From Lytechinus pictus (lineage: Eukaryota): DNA of 64,000 nucleotides. Under the pieces are notes generated by a model, which was not told the DNA's origin, made no database searches, and worked only from the letters and a program-made list of their open reading frames with translations. The translations under genes and the position numbers were made by a program. The DNA lies in assembly GCF_037042905.1 (NCBI RefSeq), contig NC_087249.1:7380001-7444000 (forward strand), given 5' to 3'. The stretch's first letter is position 1. Each line of letters opens with the position of its first letter. This document shows, one piece after another, positions 10,901-22,210 of this stretch.

Positions 10901-13900
10901 TCGCTATGTTGACACAAACCTTGTTATATGTCGACTTGTATCTCGCCATGTTGACACAAAACTTTTTATATGTCGACTTGTATCTCGCCATGTTCAGACA
11001 CAACTTTTTATATGTCGACTTGGACAGATAACTTGTCTCACCTTCTTGACATGTCAATGGTACATTTAAGGCCCGCAAATTTGTTATATGAAACATATTT
11101 ATTCAACTGATAATAATATCATCATAGCATTACCAGCAGCTTTCCCTTATCTTTTCTTCTTTTTCATAACGCCCATTGAGACTTTTGTAAGGTGTAGTGC
11201 GCTATTAATGTTTTGTCATTATAATTATGGTAAAACGCATCGAGCACGTTTCAATGGAAAAGCGCCATATGTATGTAAAGTAGATGCGCGAGAAAAAAAA
11301 CATAGTTAAAGACAAAAATAAACAGAAAGGAAAAAGGAAAATAGAAGGAGCAAAATTATATAAAAATTATGGTCGTATACCGTTTCAACGATGAACGCAT
11401 TTCTTATCAAATCAATCTTTAGTATCTTAGCACACGTACCTTTCTATTGTAGGTAATATTGTAATGTTGATGATACAAATCATCAGCGATGTCTTCGGAC
11501 AGGTCAGCCTTGCAATCTCCATACGGATCAGGTAACCGATCCAACTCGAGCTGCAAAAAAAAATGCGTATAATGACAATAATGACGATGACTTCTGCTAC
11601 AACGACGTCTACGACTACTACTACTTTGCTGCTGGTAGCGAGCAGAATTTTGATCCTTTAAATATTTTTTTTGGTATAAATTTTAATATAAAAAAATAGT
11701 TTCATTTTCGTATTTTTTCCTTTCATTTTCTTTCTCGGTTTTTTTTCTTAGTCGTTATTATTATTATTATTATTATTATTTTCTTTGGGGGGGGGGTCCT
11801 AGCCCCCATTCCCTGCTATCTGTATGCCAGCGCAGATGATGTAAATTGTTATTTCACTTGCACTGAACGCATTGTTATAACAACGTCAACTTTTCTTTAA
11901 AAAGTGCATTTTTGGACAAAATAAGGAAGGCGACAAGGCGGGATGACTCACCATGCGAAGCCCAATGGCGGTGTTGAAACCAGGAGATATGAGAATTCCA
12001 TCTTCGGCAGGAAACGGCATGTTGGATGGATGGTGTATCTTGACACGAAAACCAGCTTCTTGAGTCATTCCTTCCACGTACTCATCCTGTTCAACAAAGA
12101 GCTCCAGTGACAGACCTGGGGAGGGAGGGGGGGGGGGGGTGGGCGTCATCGACAATAAGATTGATTAGATCGCTGTTAAAATGACATCTGATTGAATGGC
12201 ATCATTAAGATAATTAGAAATGAGGGCCAAGACCCATATTAAAAAATATGTGCCTCTCTACAACATTGTCCTGTTTTTGTTGTTGTTTTTTTAAATGAAT
12301 TTTATTTCTTCTTTTATTCCTTTTGTTTCATTTAGGGTCTTCCTATTATGCTTTTATCAGATCCTCTTATGATTTATTTTGGTGTATAGTATCCATGCGT
12401 ATTTTCTTAGAGTTCGTACTTGAAGAGTATGAATTTGAGATTGTTGATATTACTTGTCATTTTTCTGACTTGGCACAGGTCCCAATGATAATCCAAGGAT
12501 AATAAATACATTCCTCCTCGATGTCATTCGGATATGGATCCGTTTCATATATTTTATTCGTCTCACATTAACTATGGCGGGCTATCTAAACCATAAAGTT
12601 TGTACTCTCTCAGAGAAGTGTACGTTTACCTTTCATCAAAACTGCACTAAAAAATATCAATTGAAACCACATGGACCATTTCATGGCTCTGAAAAGTGAA
12701 TGCTCTTTTAGGGGATCAGGGTTTCCAAGCCTCTGTTACATCTAGCCAATCGGTGGCCCCGTGATTATGACATCCAGGTTACGAACAAGCGTCGGATTAA
12801 TAGCAATAGAGAGGGTCGAGGTCTTTCTTACCGAAATATGAGCCTGGTCGATGGGTATTAAGTTGTTCCCCATGTTGCCCAGAATTGAAGGTGTAACAGT
12901 TGCCCAGCTGAGAGTCGTAGATCTGGGTAAAATTTCTAGAGAGAAAAAACGAACAAGACTCTGAGGAAGTTAACAAAGGTCCCTAATAAACATGGGTTGG
13001 GCTTGAAGCCGACCCGACGCCAGTTTTGAAGCCACCTTTTCAGGCCTGGTCCCACCAGCCGACGGAAGTAAAACGTATTCATAAAGGACACAGCGGACGA
13101 GCAAAATTTCCATCCGTTTTCATCCACTCCAGAAATTTGCGGAAACATAACGGAAAATAATGGACGGGGGTAGCATGTAGCGTGGATGTTAAACGGTTGT
13201 TCATCGGAATTGTGGATGAAAACGGATGGAAGTGGATGACAATATTATTCCGAAGGGGTTACCAGGATTTTTGATACTTTATTTACGAGATGCATATGCT
13301 TATATCCTATATATTTCCGTGTTACTTACGATGTATAGACGTTCCATATTCCTTATCTCTCCTCCCTCTTTCCGTTGTTCAGCTTCAGTGGATCTGAGCT
13401 GCGAGGATGCCGAGAGGTTGCAGAGAGGATACAGCGGAGATACAGCGGACGTTTAACGGATGAAAAAAGACATAGAACGTTTGTTTTTCGTATATGTCGC
13501 GTATATACATCGTACACGGCGGAAAGTTCATCCGTTCTGAAAGTTTTGTGCAGCTCAAAACTTTTTGCGCGGATGAAATCACAACGGACGTATGCTCGAA
13601 GCATAGAGCGTATGAAACACGTATGCAAGCTTATTCCAACAGAAGGCGAGATTTTTTTTCCATTTTACATCCGCTTTGCCTCCGCAAGTGCTGTGGGACC
13701 GGGTCTTTAACATTTTCAATTTGAAGTAGCATCGAGGTCATTATACCCTTTGGTACACAATGGTCCGTGTTCTGCAAATGTGTGTCTACACTTAAAAGAT
13801 GCACATTGTCACTCCAAACAAAGTTAAAACTTCACTCTTGAAAGATTGAAATCTCATTCCATCAGGAATGGTCCCTCATCTCACTCTGAGGGGAGCGTAA

Positions 13901-16900
13901 TTAAGGACTAGATTAGTTCCTTTGCGTTATTTTAGAGAGTAGTTCTAGCAAGAATTGTAAGGTAAACTCACACCGTCACCCCCAAACCAAATGCAGTTAC
14001 GAAATTATCTTACTCAGGCGAGCAGGGAATCCCCTTCCAAGAGCAGTCTAGAAGCATATCATCTAAAGAATGACCAAGAGAAATCCGCTCTTCAATGCTT
14101 TTGTTGGCGAGAGCAACCTGTCGAAGGCGATATCTTGCATAATGCAACGACTTGCTGTTATAATATAATGGTTGTGAGACACGCTGAGCCCAATCTTGGA
14201 CATTCTGAAAAATGACAAAAGAAAATATATAGATTATAACTACTATCAGAGGGTTGTATTTCAATAATAATAACAATAATAATAATAATAGGCATTTGTA
14301 TAGCGCCATCTATCTATAAACAATCTATTCTGAGGCGCATTGTTGTTGTTATTATTACCCCGGCTTTAGCTCGAGCTGCCTTTCAGCGTTCGTGCATTCA
14401 AGGAATTAATCCTGCCGGGTACCCATTCACCTCACATGGGTCGAGTGCAGCACAGTGTGGATAAATTTCTTGCTGAAGGAAAACACGCCATGGCTAGGAT
14501 TCGAATCCACGACCATCAGATTGAAAGGCGAGAGCCAGAACCACTAGACCAAAACGCGCCCACAAAATTTTATGCAGTTTATATCATGTTTCATTGATGA
14601 TATTATAATTAACAGGATTGGATAAATTATAATCATTTTAAAAATGTGAGGGAATTGCATTGCTAGATAAAGTAATAACGCTGTTTTTAATTTATATACA
14701 ACGATTATTGAACCTTAGCAGTAGTTCATTAAACAATGTAAACAAGTGTTTAAAACCTTAAACAACAAAGTTCAATTTTTTATAAGTAATTCTAAATGAA
14801 TTAAGAAAGGTTGCTTAAACTGTGAAACAAATACTGCAAGGTTCATACAGTGAACAGAGTTATCTGAAATTTTAAAAGCGTGGAGCAAGTCTTGTCGTAT
14901 AGACAGGGTCGAGGGTTCGAAGCCAAGTCGGGGCAACGCATTATCTCACATTCTTTCTGACTGATACAAGTGGGCGCAGACCCCATATCACAATTATGTG
15001 CATGAAATACACATGCATGATCGTTACTTTTCAAGTTCCTTAAAAAAGCTCGTATGTAGTACTGAGAAAGTCAAAACCATAACTGTTACACCGAAAGTTA
15101 AATCAAAATCGAATGTGCAAGAAGAAAGAAACAAATCAATACATTTTCAATTCAATAGACACGAAAAGGGTCGAATAAGAAAACGGATGATTTCATGCAT
15201 TCACTATTTATTTGTGTTTTAGCATTTGACATACGTAATAACTCATTTGCTACCCCATAATGTAAAATTAACATGTTAAATCTATAAAATATGTAAAATA
15301 TTTGATATTTGATATTGTGTACATAATTATAACCCCCATTCCACAGAGAGCAAGACCTCTGAAAGACTGCTGTAAGACCATGAAACTTGCTTGATCTTTC
15401 AAAGGTCTTTCAACAAACTTTCAAAGATCTTTGAGGTCTTTCACGATTTCTGATGGATCTTTCAGAGGTCTTTATTGTCTCCATGATCTCCAAAACTTTT
15501 TTAAACGGTTCAAAACAGTCTTTCAGTGGTCTTACAGGGAAATGGTCTTTTGATGGTCTTTCAGCAGTCTTATTAGTTTTTCCATGATCTTTCGAAAGTC
15601 TCTCAGGATTTTTATCGGAGATCACTGTAAAACTCATGAGAGATCATTGAACAGAAAGATCTGTGAAAGATCATTGAAAGACCAGGCAAAGCCCATGGAA
15701 ATAATGCTGAAAGATCACTTGTTGCATAAAAGATCTCTGAAAGACCATTGAAAGATCTTTATAGGACTAGTCTAAGCCCAGTAAGACAAGAAATACCAAT
15801 CACTTTTTTTTTTTGGAGGGGGGTTCTTTGATGGGTCTTTCTGAGCCATTCCACAGAGATGACAAATTTCAGTGATCTTGGAGACTGTTGTAAGACCTTG
15901 CCAATTTTTGGTCTTTCAAAGGTCCTTCAAAGGTCTCCCCTCTGTAGGCTCTGTTGAATGGGGGCCTTACATGAATAAGACTAGTTTAAAAAAACAAGCT
16001 AAAATCAAAATATTTTACATTTCCAGATTTTCCATGGAATCATGAGATGTGAGACTTTTTATATTTGTACCAATTTACCGTTTTTCCTTTCTAACGAGAG
16101 AAGTACTGGGACTTTTAACACAGTTTGACGATTCCCTCCACTATGAACTATAATTATTTAGATTAAAAATATATAAGGTTTTTACCTCACTCCTTTCATT
16201 CTGACCTTCCGGCGGTCCGCTGCCAGATTGAGAGCCCATAGAGATAGGGGGTTCATTGCCACCTGAAGTTATATATTACAGAAATATAAGCCTATATTAC
16301 AAAAAGTTAAATGTTAAATTACATTTGAAAGAGCAATTCTTAGATTAAAGTCTATCACTGCTATAAGTTAAAATGGTCCATTTTATATAGTGCAGCTACT
16401 ACAATTGCATATAATCTACCGCGCTTGATACTTGCTAACGTAAAAAAATACTACGGGTGTAGATGAGCCGCCATATGGGCGCTAAGGCATTTAAGTAAAA
16501 ATCCGACCGGGTACTCATTCACCTTACCTGGGCCGTGAAGCACAATGTGGGTACATTTCTTGAAGGAAAACACGCCGAGGCTTGGATTCGAACCCACGTC
16601 CCTCTGATTGAAAGACGAGAGTCGTGATCACTAGACCACGACGCGCCCAGAATGGAGAAAGAGCAAAACAAACTATGCTGAAACGTCATATAACGTCAAA
16701 CTAGGTGTTAAATAATTATGACAGTTATGATAGTTCATATTTTCCGTTAATTTTCGTCCGCCGCCCCCCCCCCCAAAAAAAAAAGGAATACACGACAAAT
16801 GCGCTATACAAACAAGCAAGCTCTGCTGTATCCTCTTGGGTGAACCCAGCATTGATCAGGGGTGGGGGGAGGCGTTTACCCGATCGGGGCCACCTGGATT

Positions 16901-19179
16901 CACTAAAAGCACTGTATGTATACTTCGTAATGTGAAATGCCATATTATCCCCGGGAGGACCGGGACTATCCCCTTGTCCTCGTGTTATTCTAAACACCTG
17001 ATTTTATCATATGGTTAGAATTGTTCTAATCCATAAATGTAACCAATTAGGACTCAATCTTTGTTGTCAAATCTAAAAAGATAGCTTATTATTTACTTTA
17101 TAAAAAAAAACGGATTCAGCCATTGCCAGGATATTCAGCAAGCAACAAAGTATCAGATCAACAATTACCTTCTGTGGTTGCTGTTGATGGATTGTAATCT
17201 AAGTCAAATATTTCTTGGAACTTAGAGTCCTTGGTTTCAAGTCCAGATTTCCTCATTGGGTTCGTGTTGCAGATGGTGATCGCGGGGAAATCTTGGGTCC
17301 GGTTGAATTTTACCTGCATACGGTGAATCAATGAATATACATGTAGATTCAATTCGGGTTTAACTTCATTTAAATTGTCCGAAATATATACGTGGTTTAT
17401 CATAGCCTTTTAGATGACGAACAATTATATTATATAGCCTATTCCTAACTTCCACATGCAATGATATGGCAGAGTTTGAATTGAAGTGTAGTTCCCTGCA
17501 TGACGTAAGCGGTTATATGGATACATGTCCTTAAAAAAAATAACGTACACAGACCACGCACACACACAGACAGACGCACCCTCATCCACATACTCGCACA
17601 CACACCCCACACTTTGACATCCAATCACACTATCAAATAGCCCCAGATCATCACACGCACCCTCAAGTACCCCATCCCATGCACACACACGTACCCCACA
17701 CACACACACATACGCGCGCGCATTACTCCATTAGTCTGCTGTGCAAACCCTTCACTCGAGTTAAGGGTCTGAATGTGCAGCCTCCTCATGCCTTGTGTAC
17801 TGAAGGCCCTGAAACAGCAAGTTTTGTATGTGCTAGTCTTTGCGTGGAGACACACTTGTTGATCAAAGTTTCAATCAGGGTCTGTGCCTGCAGACTACAC
17901 GCGCATGCACACATCCATTTTCAACCACTCGCATTAAAAGGGGGAATGGAGCAGTCATGCTCAGTGGCACTGGTACACTAACCCTTCACTGCTACGGGTC
18001 TGAATGTGCAGCCTACTCATGTCTTGTGCACTGAAGTTTTTGTATTTGCTAGACTTTGCGTGGAGTCACACTTGTTGATCAAAGTTTCAATCAGGGTCTG
18101 TGCCTGCAGACTACTGGTACACAGTGAGGGATAAAGCCCTGCTATACCGGGCAATGGAAAAATTATAAAATGCATGATCGCCGTGCAGTTAAGGAAAAAT
18201 ATGCCTGCGGCATTAAAAATCAAATATTGCCACGTCAAGCAATCAATCGGCAATAATCTTTGTATGAGTTGTGTACCAAAGCTTTATTTCACATCTTTCA
18301 GTGATTTTGTAAGAACAAATTGCGGCGTGGCCATGTTAGTCCTTGCCGCCGCAGATATGGCGTCGCCGATAGATGGCCAAATGGATGGAGAACTTTTTCA
18401 TCTACGTCTTTCAAGTACTTTAACCATGGAGCTACTTAGTAGCCCCATGCCCTACTTTGCTTTGTTAAACCGGCTTACGAGGACACAACCACGGAAGTAG
18501 GCCTACGAATTGTGCATGCTGGGCTTGCTTCTCGGTACATAGTGTGTGTGGAATGTCCACGCTGCGGATTCAAATTTCGCGCGAAAAATGCGACTTCTCT
18601 GAGAGCATTCCCATGGCAACAAGATCACTTTACTTGAAGGGGGTTCTGCCGTTCTGGAAACAAGATCAAGAGATGGTGATGATTATGCTAGCGAAACGAT
18701 CTTCTGGTTTGCTAAACTGGTTTAAGGGAAATAATATAAAGAAAATTAGATGAGAACAGGGTCTAAAACACCTTTCCAACAAACATACACACATACTCAT
18801 ACCCAACACCGCACACACTCATATCAACACACAATCTTCCATTCACACCTACACCCATTAAAACCCACCTTTTACCCGCCAATACCCACAGACCCACACA
18901 TGGAGACCGATAACTCACCTCTAGGTTGACTGTATAGTTCCATGCGAAGTAGGCCTGAAAGAGAGCGACAACTTGCCACGTCATCACGCCAGTGCCAGCC
19001 AGAAAGATGACAGTCCATGCGAGTTTGATGGTTGGATGTGAGGCCCGCTGGATGTTTGGTACGCCATGGGCCGACGAAACCTCCATGCGACTGTCAATCA
19101 GCTTACGTAGACTCTCCTCTTTGCGAGCAGGAGTCGAGTCCCAGGAAACTTTATTTCCATCGTCCTGCTGGGCTTCCAT
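1929..19179 (-). CDS. DEG/ENaC (ASIC/ENaC/degenerin family) channel subunit, gene A; 10 coding exons, 3'-partial (post-thumb and TM2 exons off the left edge)
   Basis: Spliced model: 19179-18919, 17313-17169, 16262-16186, 14204-14014, 12935-12832, 12115-11952, 11550-11440, 4488-4365, 2334-2259, 1986-1929 = 1311 nt (437 codons). All introns are GT-AG and phase-compatible. Motifs: pre-TM1 SSAHG, TM1 (LAWTVIFLAGTGVMTWQVVALF), FPAITICNTN, GHSLDDMLLDCSWKG, GNCYTFNSG, GLSLEL..AGFRVKIH..PFP, Cys-rich thumb with 10 Cys, WP. Confidence 0.95.
2259..2334 (-). CDS. Gene A coding exon 9
   Basis: ttcacag|(E)TQCMADIEWEQAEGELGCNCPIAC CA|gtaagt; 76 nt; CxCPxxC. Confidence 0.93.
3057..3680. mobile_element. PIF/Harbinger-like MITE carrying two nested insertions
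   Basis: Host GGGGGTGTTTCATCAAC...GAAACACTTC (uninterrupted relatives at 44404-44710 and 46339-46497). Insert 1 at about 3098-3246 (GCCCGTTGCAGAAAGAGTT..CTTTCTGCAAC, CAG on both sides). Insert 2 at 3355-3661 with 8-bp TSD CTTTTAAG. Confidence 0.75.
4365..4488 (-). CDS. Gene A coding exon 8 (thumb)
   Basis: tgttcag|TCEVSCYQNEVIRRCGCFDASYLNSLNVNRTIYPCEYTSPV G|gtaagc; 124 nt. Confidence 0.94.
4990..6118 (+). pseudogene. Tx1 ORF1 (gag-like nucleic-acid-binding protein), one frameshift
   Basis: A +1 shift in the A6 run at 5408-5413; corrected it reads ..RQKLRVNGQLTSCLNGDRV... Knuckles CSRCLQVGHHSSRC and CRYCKKPGHVQSQC; basic C-terminal tail. Confidence 0.88.
6168..9933 (+). pseudogene. Tx1 ORF2 (APE endonuclease, reverse transcriptase, zinc finger), disrupted
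   Basis: SLNVRG, LQET, GGDWN, SRLDY, CDH; KAPGSDGL, NWRPISLLN, DFQKAFD, GVRQGCPLS, QYADD; CNLC..HMLIKC. In-frame TAA at 8028-8030 and frameshifts near 8680, 9040 and 9728. Confidence 0.93.
10812..11021. repeat. Minisatellite, 42-bp unit x5
   Basis: GTATCTCGCTATGTTGACACAAAACTTGTTATATGTCGACTT repeated head-to-tail without spacers. Confidence 0.95.
11440..11550 (-). CDS. Gene A coding exon 7
   Basis: tttgcag|LELDRLPDPYGDCKADLSEDIADDLYHQHYNITYNRK|gtacgt; 111 nt; RLPxPYGxC motif. Confidence 0.94.
11952..12115 (-). CDS. Gene A coding exon 6
   Basis: cccag|(G)LSLELFVEQDEYVEGMTQEAGFRVKIHHPSNMPFPAEDGILISPGFNTAIGLRM|gtgagt; 164 nt. Confidence 0.95.
12832..12935 (-). CDS. Gene A coding exon 5
   Basis: ctctctag|(E)NFTQIYDSQLGNCYTFNSGQHGEQLNTHRPGSYF G|gtaaga; 104 nt; canonical GNCYTFN. 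Not in the ORF track. Confidence 0.95.
13042..13706. mobile_element. Non-autonomous TIR element (PIF/Harbinger-like)
   Basis: AGGCCTGGTCCCAC...GTGGGACCGGGTCT termini; many internal CGGA/TCCG motifs. Confidence 0.65.
14014..14204 (-). CDS. Gene A coding exon 4
   Basis: ttttcag|NVQDWAQR...ERISLGHSLDDMLLDCSWKGIPCSP GA|gtaaga; 191 nt. Confidence 0.92.
14262..14563 (-). mobile_element. tRNA-derived SINE with L2-type tail
   Basis: Minus strand GGTCTAGTGG (A box), GGATTCGAATCC (B box), conserved core CAGCAAGAAATTTATCCAC..GGTGAATGGGTAC, tail GCGCTATACAAAT..(TAT)n. Confidence 0.85.
15333..15964. mobile_element. Non-autonomous TIR element with internal GAAAGATC/GATCTTTC repeats
   Basis: CCCCCATTCCACAGAG...CTCTGTTGAATGGGGG termini; many short inverted motifs inside. 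Confidence 0.7.
16186..16262 (-). CDS. Gene A coding exon 3 (low-complexity finger linker)
   Basis: aacttcag|(G)GNEPPISMGSQSGSGPPEGQNERSE|gtaaaa; 77 nt. It is the GC-rich open segment that bridges phase 1 to phase 0; no family motif. Confidence 0.72.
16381..16648 (-). mobile_element. tRNA-derived SINE (family of 14262-14563)
   Basis: GGTCTAGTGA A box, GGGTTCGAATCC B box, same core domain. Confidence 0.78.
17169..17313 (-). CDS. Gene A coding exon 2
   Basis: tatgcag|VKFNRTQDFPAITICNTNPMRKS...ATTE G|gtaatt; FPxxTxCN motif; 145 nt, phase 0 to 1. Confidence 0.93.
17732..18113 (+). mobile_element. Two adjacent Academ(H)-like MITEs (17732-17897, 17979-18113)
   Basis: TAGTCTGC...GCAGACTA termini; the second copy is flanked by the 9-bp TSD CTGGTACAC. 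Confidence 0.75.
18919..19179 (-). CDS. Gene A coding exon 1 (N-terminus, HG motif, TM1)
   Basis: MEAQQ...SSAHGVPNI...TM1...YTVNLE, donor GAG|GTGAGT. An acceptor (ttattcag|) lies 88 nt upstream of the ATG, so the exon starts at 19267; an in-frame TAA precedes the ATG. Confidence 0.93.
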
Positions 19180-19489
19180 GATCTGTAGAGTGCTCCAAGC
19201 GAAGATCCAAGATACTACCGTCTTTGGGTTGCAGACACTGTCTAGGAATATCAGCTGTCGTTTTTATCTGAATAACATGAAAAAAGAGGGAAACCAATAT
19301 TTAAAATCTGGAATTTAAGCATTAAGCTAATTTCAAAATATAAAATCAAAGTTTTTCTCTTTCTTTCCCTTCTGTCATTTCCGTTTTCTTGTCAGTTTCC
19401 TGGAGGATTTAGGATACATTTAGTTTCTCGGCTTGTCTTGCCGAGGATGCAGCTGAAACACATCAGGGAGTCACCTGGGTGGATCTTAC

Positions 19490-19579
19490 TTAACATCATG
19501 TTTGTCTGATGGAGAAGTACCGTTATCTGAATTCTGCAGTAACTTAAACTTATCCTCTGTTGAAGGCGCCTATTATATA
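19490..19579 (-). promoter_or_regulatory. Candidate core promoter (TATA + Inr-like) and non-coding first exon of gene A
   Basis: Minus-strand TATATAA at 19579-19573; Inr-like TAAGTT with A at 19550, about 29 nt downstream; donor TTAA|GTAAGA at 19490/19489 (alternative CAG|GTGACT at 19475/19474) that could splice to the acceptor at 19268/19267. Confidence 0.5.
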
Positions 19580-22210
19580 TCATGTATATGGCAGTGTTCC
19601 GTAATTGAACTTAAAGGAGGGAAAATATTAAAGTAGTTTCCTGACAAGACATCTATTCGGACATGTAGAAGAAGCCAAATCAAACAGCGTTAAAACAATC
19701 CTGGTATTTATGGTTACTATCATGATACCAACGAGAGGATTGTGAAACTTGCGGAGGAGAAGCTGCTAATCGACATAGTCGTCGAGGACATCGACAGATC
19801 CCACCGTCTTTACCCAAGGAATCCTGATGAGGCAACGGATAACCCGAAAACTTTGATTGTGAAATTTGCGCGATACAAAGTGAGAGATGATTTCTAAAGG
19901 TCTCGCACGAAACTGAGAGGGAGCAAGATCTACATCAACGAGCATCTAACTAAGAAAAGACAATTACTTTTCAACAAAGCTCGCAAGTGCAAAAAGGTGA
20001 AGAAAATCTGGACAAATGACTGTAAAATCACTGTTCTCACAAAAAGGTGAGGATCTCATCTGAACGTGACATTGAATACTAGTAGTTAATAGAGAGTTTT
20101 AGGAGCAGTGAACGAGAACGGCGTAGCAGTCGTCTGATCGTTCGAGTCAACGTCGTCGTCTGCCCTTGTTCACTACAGATGCGAATACTTTAGATTTCAC
20201 TCGACTTGTACGTGTACGTACGTCCACGTGAAACAGCGCGATGACCAGCGGGTCATGACACGCTGCCCGACCCAGAAGACCTTTTTACGCGAGTTAAGAT
20301 ATATATCGAGATATATTTTGGAGATCAGAAAGCAATTTCGAATATGATAAACATAACGTAGACTATGATTTAGGAGAACCGCAAAATGGATGTGGTGAGG
20401 TTCTCGATTCTGATAGTGGACGTGTGTGAGGACCTGAGGCATATGGCAGGCCAAAGATGACGTCATCTCGTACCAGTCGTCTATGTCGACGTACGTTTTT
20501 AAAAGTGTCCTCTTCGTTCTCCATCTGATTAATAAGCCATGTAAATTGATTAGAAGTAATGTTGCCAAAATATCCTTGCCTCGTATGTTCGAGATCTATC
20601 AAGAATAATAAAAATGCTATTCTTTGTGTGAGTTGCTCACATTGGATGCACCTTTCATGCTCATCGATTGATCATGATTTTTTTTCATTCTTCGTCAGAT
20701 GGGTATGTAATAAATGTACTTTTAATGAATTACCCTTCTATGTAGAATCCATCATTGACGATCATGCTAACACTGTAACAAGAGACACGATAAGTATTTT
20801 TTCTGGAAAAGAATCGATAAGTAAAAATATCGATATTGGTAAAGGATTTGTAATATCTCATTTAAATGTAAGAAGTCTCCGAAACAAATCGGATCATACA
20901 TGTATTTGTCATTTCTTATCGCAAAATATGATTGAAATATTTACTATGTCTGAGACCTGATTAGATGAAACTATTGATCACCGACAGGTAAATATTGAGG
21001 GATATATCCTGGAACGAAAAGATCGCAATGTTAGTGGTGGTGGAATTGGATGCTACATAAAAATCTGTTTTCTTATACTAGGAGATCTGATATTGAACAT
21101 GAAAATTTAGAAGTGGTATGGATTAGTGGTGTAGTGCCTTGATGCTCGGCCTTGGCCTTAAGGCGCCTTAAGGCCTACTTTTTCAAAACCTTGGCCTTGA
21201 ACATTCAAGCCTTGGCCTTGAGAGGGCCTTGGCCTTGGGGATTTTGAGCCTTGAAATTTCAAGGCATTTTCAAGGCATTTCGTATTTTGTACTTTCATTT
21301 GTTTTTATATAAGTAATTATAAATGTTAAAATTTTTCTGTATATTTAATGACACTATTGGTCAATTCTACCAGTCAACAATAGCAGTAGCAGCAGCAGTA
21401 GTAAGTGTACTAGCAGTGCCATCAATTGTAATTATCACCATTATCAAGAATTATCATCACATTATGTTACAAAGAAAACAGCAGTGATGAAAAAATATAT
21501 ATTTATGTGTTGTTATCATGACTAATAATGATAATGATAATATTAATAATACTGATAATAATGATCGTAATAATGATTATGATGAAGATTTTAGTTATTT
21601 GATGACAAGAACAATTCAGACAGATCTGAATGCAATGTTGACAACAATTTTTATACAATTTTCATAGCTAATTCTGAAAAATGATAACAAGGTTGATTTC
21701 TATTCCATTAGGATTTTCCTCATATTATTTTCTTTGGTCAACAAGGATGTTTTAAGTCTTAATGATATTCTGAAAAGATTTGGTAAACTTGAACACAATC
21801 TCCGATTTTGTCATATCCAAATAGGCTATGTCAATGGCATGATGAGCCAAAAATTTTGAGCGGCCAAGCATGGCATATAGAGCAAAATTTGAAAGCGATC
21901 GAAGCGAGCGAGCAAGCAAAATTTTTCACCCTCTTTACTATAAAAACAAGCTAATTTTGCGATAGATTGTGACAATACGTTAAGAAAATAATATCAGATT
22001 TACTCCTTTTCATTTCCTTTTCTAAGTTTATTCTTTGTGGTGGAACTTCCTCTCTCTCTCTCTTTTTTTTTGGGGGGGGGGGCGGGGGTTCTGATATTTT
22101 TTAAACAGGTGAGAAAAGGGAATGGGGAGAGAGAGAGGGAGATGAGAAGGGGGATAAACATGTGAGAGCGTAAGAAAGGATGGAGGTGACACATTTGGCC
22201 GGTTAGGCAG

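Noticed and set aside
10680..11096. Repetitive ORFs (ARYKSTYNKxCVN)n and a CRISPR-like periodicity
   Set aside because: Head-to-tail 42-bp minisatellite with no unique spacers and no cas genes, in a eukaryotic intron; the ORFs are by-products.
18425..18449. Hairpin CATGGAGCTAC-TTA-GTAGCCCCATG as a terminator or mini-transposon
   Set aside because: No TSD and no U-tract, in a eukaryotic intron; probably a TE remnant and not classifiable.
19820..19858. Hammerhead-like string AATC-CTGATGA-GG..CC-GAAA-ACT-TT-GATT
   Set aside because: Stem II is only 2 bp, and the string lies in frame within LINE ORF1 coding sequence (NPDEATDNPKTLI); probably coincidental.
20559..20960. Stand-alone PHD-finger host gene
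   Set aside because: It runs directly into LINE endonuclease motifs (HLNVRSL, SET) and follows a LINE ORF1 remnant, so it belongs to the retrotransposon.
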